From Sedimentisphaerales bacterium (GTDB lineage: Bacteria > Planctomycetota > Phycisphaerae > Sedimentisphaerales > SM23-30): a DNA stretch of 64,000 nucleotides. Location of the stretch: assembly GCA_963666285.1 (NCBI GenBank), contig OY762711.1; one strand, 5' to 3'. The notes under the pieces were generated by a model that was given only the letters and a program-made list of their open reading frames with translations, had not been told where the DNA came from and ran no database searches. The translations under genes were made by a program, and so were the position numbers. Positions 57,931-64,000 of this stretch are shown piece by piece (positions within the stretch are counted from its first letter, which is position 1; every line of letters begins with the position of its first letter).

Positions 57931-58404
57931 TTATTCTTGTGTGATTATTTTATATACTTCTTCCGCAGTCCAGTCTTTACCTGTATCCGGGTTAATATCG
58001 TTCCATAGTTTATCACGCACGCCCGCAGTTGTTATTATTCTGGAAATACCGGCTAGAGCCTGAATATGCTCTCCGGTCTTGGCTGTCGGGCTTATCAAAA
58101 GAGCTATCAGCTTCACCGGCTCTTTATCAATGCTGTCAAAATTAACCGGCTCGGCACACCTGCCAAAAGCAAGGACTATTTCATCAACCAGCATTGTCTT
58201 GCAATGCGGAATAGCAAATCCCTTACCAACACCAGTGCTTCGAATATTTTCCCTTTCCATTATTGCATTAAATACGCCGTCACGACTGGAAACTAAACCG
58301 TTGTCACAAACCAGGTCTACCAGTTCCGCTATGACAGATTTTTTATCTGTACCAACCAGTGGCGTCTTAATGCTCTTTATATCAATAACTTGTGATAATA
58401 TCAT
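57931..58404 (-). CDS. PTS EIIA domain protein (Ntr/fructose type)
   Basis: RE...STGVGKGFAIPH. Confidence 0.9.
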   Translation of the reverse strand: MILSQVIDIKSIKTPLVGTDKKSVIAELVDLVCDNGLVSSRDGVFNAIMERENIRSTGVGKGFAIPHCKTMLVDEIVLAFGRCAEPVNFDSIDKEPVKLIALLISPTAKTGEHIQALAGISRIITTAGVRDKLWNDINPDTGKDWTAEEVYKIITQE

Positions 58405-58576
58405 AATTTTCTTCTATCAATAAATTCATTTTCTTTTTTACTTATATATATAATTTTTCTATTTTAATGATTCTAGCTATTATATATAGCATAGCAACAT
58501 AAATTTATATATTTTTTTTGATTAAATTATTATAGTAGAAGAACTTAATCACATATAGACCTGCTTAAAGCAACAG

Positions 58577-59296
58577 TCAGCTAACTCCCTGAATCTGGCT
58601 TCTTAATTTAAGCGATTTTGCTATTTTAATTGTCCGGGCAAGCAATACGGCTATCCTTAGATTTGATTGCACCCTTTCAGACCACACAATAACCTTACTC
58701 CCTTGAATCTCAATACTTACATGCTTTAACATGGACAATCTTTCCAACACCTTATCGTCAAATATTTTATCCAGCAAATGAAGCTGCTCTGAATATATGT
58801 GATATTTACAAAAATGGGATAAAACCGATTTCTTTTGAATTTTACCGGCATATGCTTTTATAAAGTCCAATCTATGAAATGATGAATATTCTCCAATAGG
58901 AGAAATATGGTGTTCTGGCAATATTAATATATGCGGCAATCGTAAACCGGTCTCAGCTACAAAAACTGTCTTATATTCATATTTCCTGCGAACCTTACTT
59001 CCTAATTCGTATTCATAATCAAAAACGACAACTGGAATATCTTTGTACTTGCCAACAATACTTGCCGAGACTTTTCTTGAATGCCCAAAAGCTCCATGAT
59101 AGATGCCGGTAATAACAGACTGAAGTCCGACATAATCTTTCCTGGAAAATCGCATATTCCAGCGCAATGCTAACGCCCCAAATAATAAATCCCTTTTATT
59201 GGCAGTTACTAGTCTGCACAATACAGGTGCAGTAACTATTACAAATAAGGATGTTATACTTACTATAGAGACATAAGTTGATGCTGATCCCAACAT
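58577..59296 (-). CDS. Hypothetical membrane-anchored protein
   Basis: N-terminal TM helix. Confidence 0.6.
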   Translation of the reverse strand: MLGSASTYVSIVSITSLFVIVTAPVLCRLVTANKRDLLFGALALRWNMRFSRKDYVGLQSVITGIYHGAFGHSRKVSASIVGKYKDIPVVVFDYEYELGSKVRRKYEYKTVFVAETGLRLPHILILPEHHISPIGEYSSFHRLDFIKAYAGKIQKKSVLSHFCKYHIYSEQLHLLDKIFDDKVLERLSMLKHVSIEIQGSKVIVWSERVQSNLRIAVLLARTIKIAKSLKLRSQIQGVS

Positions 59297-59314
59297 AAAG
59301 CTATACCATTTTGT

Positions 59315-60400
59315 TTAATTGTCGTCATAATCATCGAGCCAGTATGCATTAGGATTTGACTTGAATACTAAAAATGAGGCCGAATTGCCATCCTGTGCTG
59401 CTCGATGATACTTAAAATAAACATGCCCATCATTAACACCAACAATTTCTATTTTGCCGGTTCTGTGTGACATTACATATCTCGCACGCTTAGCCAGACC
59501 GGAAACATAAGATCTGGCTTTCTCAAAAATATCATAACCCTTTTCCAGTGGTACCGCATAATCTTTATTACCCATCGCGGGACGACACTGAAATACATAA
59601 TAAGGTGGAACCCCTATATCTGCTAGAACAGTAAACAGTTCAGCAAGTACTTCTGAATTATCATTTATACCACGAATTATCGGATTCTGGTTTGTCAAAA
59701 CAACATTTGCATTCATCATGCTCTTTACTGCTTTTATCGCTAGATCTGTTAACTCATTCGGGTGACTAAAATGGTTCATTAAATATATCTGCTGATGAGT
59801 ATTCTCATTATGATTTTTTAATATACTTAACAGATTGGTGTCATCTACTACTCTTTGAGGATTGAATGCAAGCATTTTCGACCCAAACCTCAGTATTTTA
59901 ACATGTTTCACTGCTTGTAATTTGTCGAGAATAATTTCCAAGCGGGAATTGCTCAACATAAAAGGATCACCACCAGTTAACAAAATATTATTAATCTCTT
60001 TATGCTGCTGAATATATTCAATCGCTGAATCTATATTCTGAATAATTTCATCTTCTATAAACACCCGTTTTCGAAAACAATATCGACAAATCCCTCCACA
60101 CAAATTACTTATCAGCATTAAGGCAGTCGATGAATATTTATGTTCCAAACCTGGCAGAATTGTATACTTCGCCTCATCTGATGGGTCAGCGGTACCCCAT
60201 TCTTCCAATTCAGAAAGGTCCGGTATTATCAACCGGCGGATTGGATCATTTGCATTACTCCAATCTATTAAAGAAAGATAGTATTTACTTGCCTGAAAAC
60301 GATATCTATTGGAAACCTGATCTATTTCCTGCATAACATCTTGTGGGATTTCAAACTTTTTCGATAGAGATTCCTTACAATATATCATAGACTCTTTCAT
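59315..60400 (-). CDS. KamA family radical SAM protein
   Basis: GLEHKY, CGGICRYCFR, LLTGGDP. Confidence 0.9.
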   Translation of the reverse strand: MKESMIYCKESLSKKFEIPQDVMQEIDQVSNRYRFQASKYYLSLIDWSNANDPIRRLIIPDLSELEEWGTADPSDEAKYTILPGLEHKYSSTALMLISNLCGGICRYCFRKRVFIEDEIIQNIDSAIEYIQQHKEINNILLTGGDPFMLSNSRLEIILDKLQAVKHVKILRFGSKMLAFNPQRVVDDTNLLSILKNHNENTHQQIYLMNHFSHPNELTDLAIKAVKSMMNANVVLTNQNPIIRGINDNSEVLAELFTVLADIGVPPYYVFQCRPAMGNKDYAVPLEKGYDIFEKARSYVSGLAKRARYVMSHRTGKIEIVGVNDGHVYFKYHRAAQDGNSASFLVFKSNPNAYWLDDYDDN

Positions 60401-60871
60401 TAGAATACCTTAACTCCCTATTTTCAAAACGCTTATGTGTTCGGTAATGAAATTAATTGTGTACTTATATATTATTGCTTGCGTTTTCTTATCTGGTTTA
60501 AAATCTCAACATTACCGTAGCAAGGCTATTATAAGGCAAAAGTACAATTAATTCAAATTCTAATTTAACTTCTTATTCCACAGAACATTACGATCTATTC
60601 CATGACACATTCACCTCAAAACGGCTATCTCTGACTGCCTATTGTAATCATTCCACTGCTTGCAGCGTTACCAACTATTATCCAACCTACAAACCACATA
60701 CTCAAACCTTTAATATACAATTACTTATAAAATTAACAGATATTAACTCGTACCCAATATATTCCTCAAATCATTTCTTAAACCTTAATAAATACTAAAG
60801 TCGTCATGAAATAATATCGAAAAATAATCTGGATAACCAAACTATAACTCTTTAACCAGTTAGGTATTGCA

Positions 60872-61831
60872 ATGAACACAATGGGGAATATTTTGCCAAG
60901 AATAGTCGTAATTGGAGGTGGAAGCATTGACTATAGTTCGAGATGCTCTAAAATTCCTTCTACAAACGAAACTGTACCTGCAAGTGAACATATTTCTAAC
61001 CCTGGCGGAAAAGGTGCAACTCAATCAGTAGCAGCTGCCAGGCTCGGGGCTGAAGTTCACTTTATTGGATGCCTGGGTAAAGATGAGAATGGAGATAGAA
61101 TACTTACAACCCTAAATGATTCCGGGGTCAATACAGAGTTTGTTGAACGTTCTGCCAAACCTACGTCATCCAGCCTGGTAATTGTTAATTATGATGGAGA
61201 AACTATAACTGCTTATCATCCTGGTGCTAACCTGGATTTATCAGTCAATACAATTAACAATGCAAAAGGAATAATTGCAGAAGCCGATATTGTTTTGTGC
61301 CAGTTAGAAAACCATAACAGCATTCTCGAACACTCAATTGCTACTGCAAGACAATTTGGTGTACCGGTTATATTAAACTGTTCACCGGCCCTACCTTTTG
61401 ACTCTAACCTCTATACAGATATTTCTGCCCTGGTAATGAACCAGGTCGAAGCCGAATACTACACTGACACTGAAATACTAACCGTTGAAGATGCTAAAAT
61501 CGCCGCCAAACTATTGTTGGATGAAGGTGTAGAATCTATCGTTTTAACATTGGGAAGACTTGGCTGCCTGGCCGCTGACAAGAGCAGTATGAAACATATA
61601 GTCGTATCTACAGCCAAAGTAATTGATTCAACTTCTGCTGATGATGTTTTCGCCGGCGCTTTGGGGTGGTCAATAGCAAAAGGCTATGAACTTGCTCAAG
61701 CATCTGATTTTGCCTGCAAATGTGCTTCTTTGTGTAAAAAACAGCAAGGAGCAATCCAATCTGTTCCGGATCTATGTGAAATCAACAATATATTTGGCAA
61801 CTCACTGGAACTTGAACATAGCTTGTCATAG
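60872..61831 (+). CDS. Ribokinase-like PfkB kinase
   Basis: PGGKGATQSVAAARLG, QLE, NQVEA; C-terminal motif variant DSTSADD. Confidence 0.82.
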   Translation: MNTMGNILPRIVVIGGGSIDYSSRCSKIPSTNETVPASEHISNPGGKGATQSVAAARLGAEVHFIGCLGKDENGDRILTTLNDSGVNTEFVERSAKPTSSSLVIVNYDGETITAYHPGANLDLSVNTINNAKGIIAEADIVLCQLENHNSILEHSIATARQFGVPVILNCSPALPFDSNLYTDISALVMNQVEAEYYTDTEILTVEDAKIAAKLLLDEGVESIVLTLGRLGCLAADKSSMKHIVVSTAKVIDSTSADDVFAGALGWSIAKGYELAQASDFACKCASLCKKQQGAIQSVPDLCEINNIFGNSLELEHSLS

Positions 61832-61996
61832 TACTGAAAGCACTCTCTTTCATTATCGTAATATAAATGACAATAATAGTTTTATCTGTTTAATCCAATA
61901 GCTAACTTTCGCCGTTTTTAATCTGCAATCTATGGGTTAATCACCTAATAAGTACTTTTACTGTAATATTGAAAAGTCAATAATTACGGTACCGCC

Positions 61997-63337
61997 CTAA
62001 TACTCTCTCCAATAAAGATAATTGGGAGTCATAGAAGAGACATCTACCGTAGCTTCAACTGTATGGCTGACATTGGAATCATTACACATGCCAACAGATA
62101 CTATCGTAAATACATTACCTTGAACTGTAAGTTTACCAAGTATATCCTTGAATTGCTGAAAATCAAGAACTCCTGCTGAAAATATCTCAGCCGGCGAATA
62201 AAAACCAGTAATTAAAGAATCTCGTTTTTTTATTACTTTATCTGCCTGCTCTTCTGTAATACCCAGAAATGCCGCTAATACTTTCTTGCCGGCTGTGTTT
62301 ATATTGACTTTACCTGGAATTATAGAGTCATCTAATACAGTTATTTTATTAAATATACGCCTTAACGTTTGCACAGACAAGGGCGCAGAAATTATTTCTT
62401 CTGTACCATCTTCATTTAATTTTACCTGATTAGCCTTTTGGGAACTGGCTGTATTGTTTATATCACTATTAAAATCTTCAGGTACAATATTTACAGGAAA
62501 CAATTCAGCCACACTTTCATATGGAGAATTTTCAACAATCCACATTGCCTCTGAAAGACTAATCTCTAAAATATCTGACAAATCCGCCTCACTGGCAAAG
62601 TTGATATTAATCCTGGGTTCTCCATCACGATCGATATTTCTCTCATATGAATACAATGTAGAATAGTGAAGTAACCCGGTTTCTAATCTGCCGTCTGCAT
62701 TGTCACTCGGAGGAAATACAGCACCATCATTTTCATTCCAATCGAGTATACCGTTTAAATTAATGTCTTCACCAAAACAATCTTCCAGGGATAACTGACT
62801 GTCACTGGCTATTATCCGTATATTTTTTGCATAATACTCAGAAGCCTTCAACTCTTTCAAACTTTTACTATCAGTAAATCCTGACAAAGTTTCCAGGCCA
62901 GAAATATTAAAATTTTGTTTTACTGTATCTGGAGAAACTTTTAATAACTCTGATATTTGCTTGTCGCTGGCAGTCAAAAGATTGATCTTCGACGACTCAT
63001 CGCTAATACCGTTTTCTACTTGTTCTATATTGGGATTATATACATACAGTGAAAAATAGCTTTCTGGTGAAACTTGTCTTTTCCCGGAACCCTTAAACTT
63101 TTGTAAAATATAATACGAATCATTAAAGCTGGTTGGATTTTGCGTAATTATATCCACTGCATACTGTATACCTGCGCGAGCTGACCACTTCGCCCTAACT
63201 TCCGCTTCCTTATTAACAGCACTAAAACTATCTAGTCTGCTTATGTGCACTACACTCATTACAATAATTATCATTAGCACGAGGAGCCAGATACACAAAA
63301 CCAGCACCATAGATTTTATTTTTTTATTCTGTTTCAT
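61997..63337 (-). CDS. Type II secretion protein K-like (GspK)
   Basis: N-terminal TM, DESSKINL, HhH motifs ININFAS and VNINTAG; start re-called at MKQN. Confidence 0.8.
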   Translation of the reverse strand: MKQNKKIKSMVLVLCIWLLVLMIIIVMSVVHISRLDSFSAVNKEAEVRAKWSARAGIQYAVDIITQNPTSFNDSYYILQKFKGSGKRQVSPESYFSLYVYNPNIEQVENGISDESSKINLLTASDKQISELLKVSPDTVKQNFNISGLETLSGFTDSKSLKELKASEYYAKNIRIIASDSQLSLEDCFGEDINLNGILDWNENDGAVFPPSDNADGRLETGLLHYSTLYSYERNIDRDGEPRININFASEADLSDILEISLSEAMWIVENSPYESVAELFPVNIVPEDFNSDINNTASSQKANQVKLNEDGTEEIISAPLSVQTLRRIFNKITVLDDSIIPGKVNINTAGKKVLAAFLGITEEQADKVIKKRDSLITGFYSPAEIFSAGVLDFQQFKDILGKLTVQGNVFTIVSVGMCNDSNVSHTVEATVDVSSMTPNYLYWREY

Positions 63338-63983
63338 TATCATAAGTATGAATATCGTCAGGTATTGGTAATAGTGATATCTGCCTGCTGATAGCAGACT
63401 GTCCTGTCGCCCAGATATGGCCATCCAATTCCAAAGTAACTCTTACCATTACCGGTAAAGAACCATTCAGGGGTGAAGTTCTAAGCCATTTTTCTCCATC
63501 CCAGCATTCAAAAAGTAAAGACTTTATCGAATCAGCTATTACGATAACTTTGCCTCGCTTGTTACCAGTGGCCCTATCATTTACCACTCCAACTCGTTTT
63601 CCCAGTTGATAGGAATCCCGTTGATCCGATGATTTCAATAAACCGTACTCTACTTCATATATATAGGATTTGTTTGCAGTAATATTGTCTCCAACAGTAT
63701 AAAAACATATACGATCACATGCCGTTTTAACGCTCCCTCCTACTTTTAATCTAAAACTATAACGACCGTTTTGTTTTTCGCGACAAATATTAGACAAGTC
63801 ATTTTCAATTTTATCCAAAACATCCAAAGCCTGGGTCAGGGCTCTGTCATGTATTTTGATCCGGTTTTTCATCTCAAGGATAGTTCGTGTTCCAGCAGCT
63901 GCAACAAGTATTATTATTGCAGTTAGCATTACCGCTAACATGAGTTCAACTAAAGTAAAGGCCTTATCTTTATTATAATTCAA
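63324..63983 (-). CDS. Type II secretion pseudopilin J-like
   Basis: AFTLVELMLAVML; WDGEKW...LPVMVRVTL. Confidence 0.8.
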   Translation of the reverse strand: MNYNKDKAFTLVELMLAVMLTAIIILVAAAGTRTILEMKNRIKIHDRALTQALDVLDKIENDLSNICREKQNGRYSFRLKVGGSVKTACDRICFYTVGDNITANKSYIYEVEYGLLKSSDQRDSYQLGKRVGVVNDRATGNKRGKVIVIADSIKSLLFECWDGEKWLRTSPLNGSLPVMVRVTLELDGHIWATGQSAISRQISLLPIPDDIHTYDNETE

Positions 63984-64000
63984 TGTTTACTACCTTTATG

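Noticed and set aside
1..64000. CRISPR array, rRNA, intact IS transposase, phage structural genes
   Set aside because: None recognised by eye.

Overview
The window has two parts. (1) 1-~31.7 kb is the right part of a genomic island abutting the 3' end of a tRNA-Asn(GTT) gene (31775-31847, minus strand); the island's left end is outside the window. It carries a type IIG-like restriction-modification gene, an excisionase-like HTH, a short tyrosine recombinase behind a dif-like 11-6-11 site, and a PEP-CTERM protein. It also carries two HerA/DUF87-like ATPase plus PD-(D/E)XK nuclease modules (one fused, one split), an orphan beta-class DNA methyltransferase, a NACHT-HEAT protein, a PP2C-FHA / kinase-FHA / vWA cluster, a DUF2924-large serine recombinase module and a small protein with the motif pattern of eukaryotic PHPT1/Janus. 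The most striking observation is a ~7 kb segment (~3.05-10.3 kb) that reads like archaeal, probably DPANN, DNA. It has TATA boxes 21-23 nt ahead of SD-less start codons, a 1107-aa surface protein with about 45 N-x-S/T sequons, an archaeal-style tyrosine integrase and a 13-nt tRNA-3'-end-like core. (2) 31.9-64 kb looks like host chromosome of a planctomycete (inferred from DUF1559, dockerin-like C-termini and PEP-CTERM). It holds a fructan/fructose locus (GH172/DUF2961, GH32, fructokinase, sugar porter, GntR-LacI regulator), DUF1080, a PEP-CTERM pseudogene, a GH2-DUF2264 block between two copies of a ~165-bp MITE-like repeat, and housekeeping genes (PpiC-like, LOG, infC with an ATA start, thrS, PTS-IIA, KamA, ribokinase-like, T2SS K/J-like). 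All family calls come from motif recognition by eye; no searches were run.
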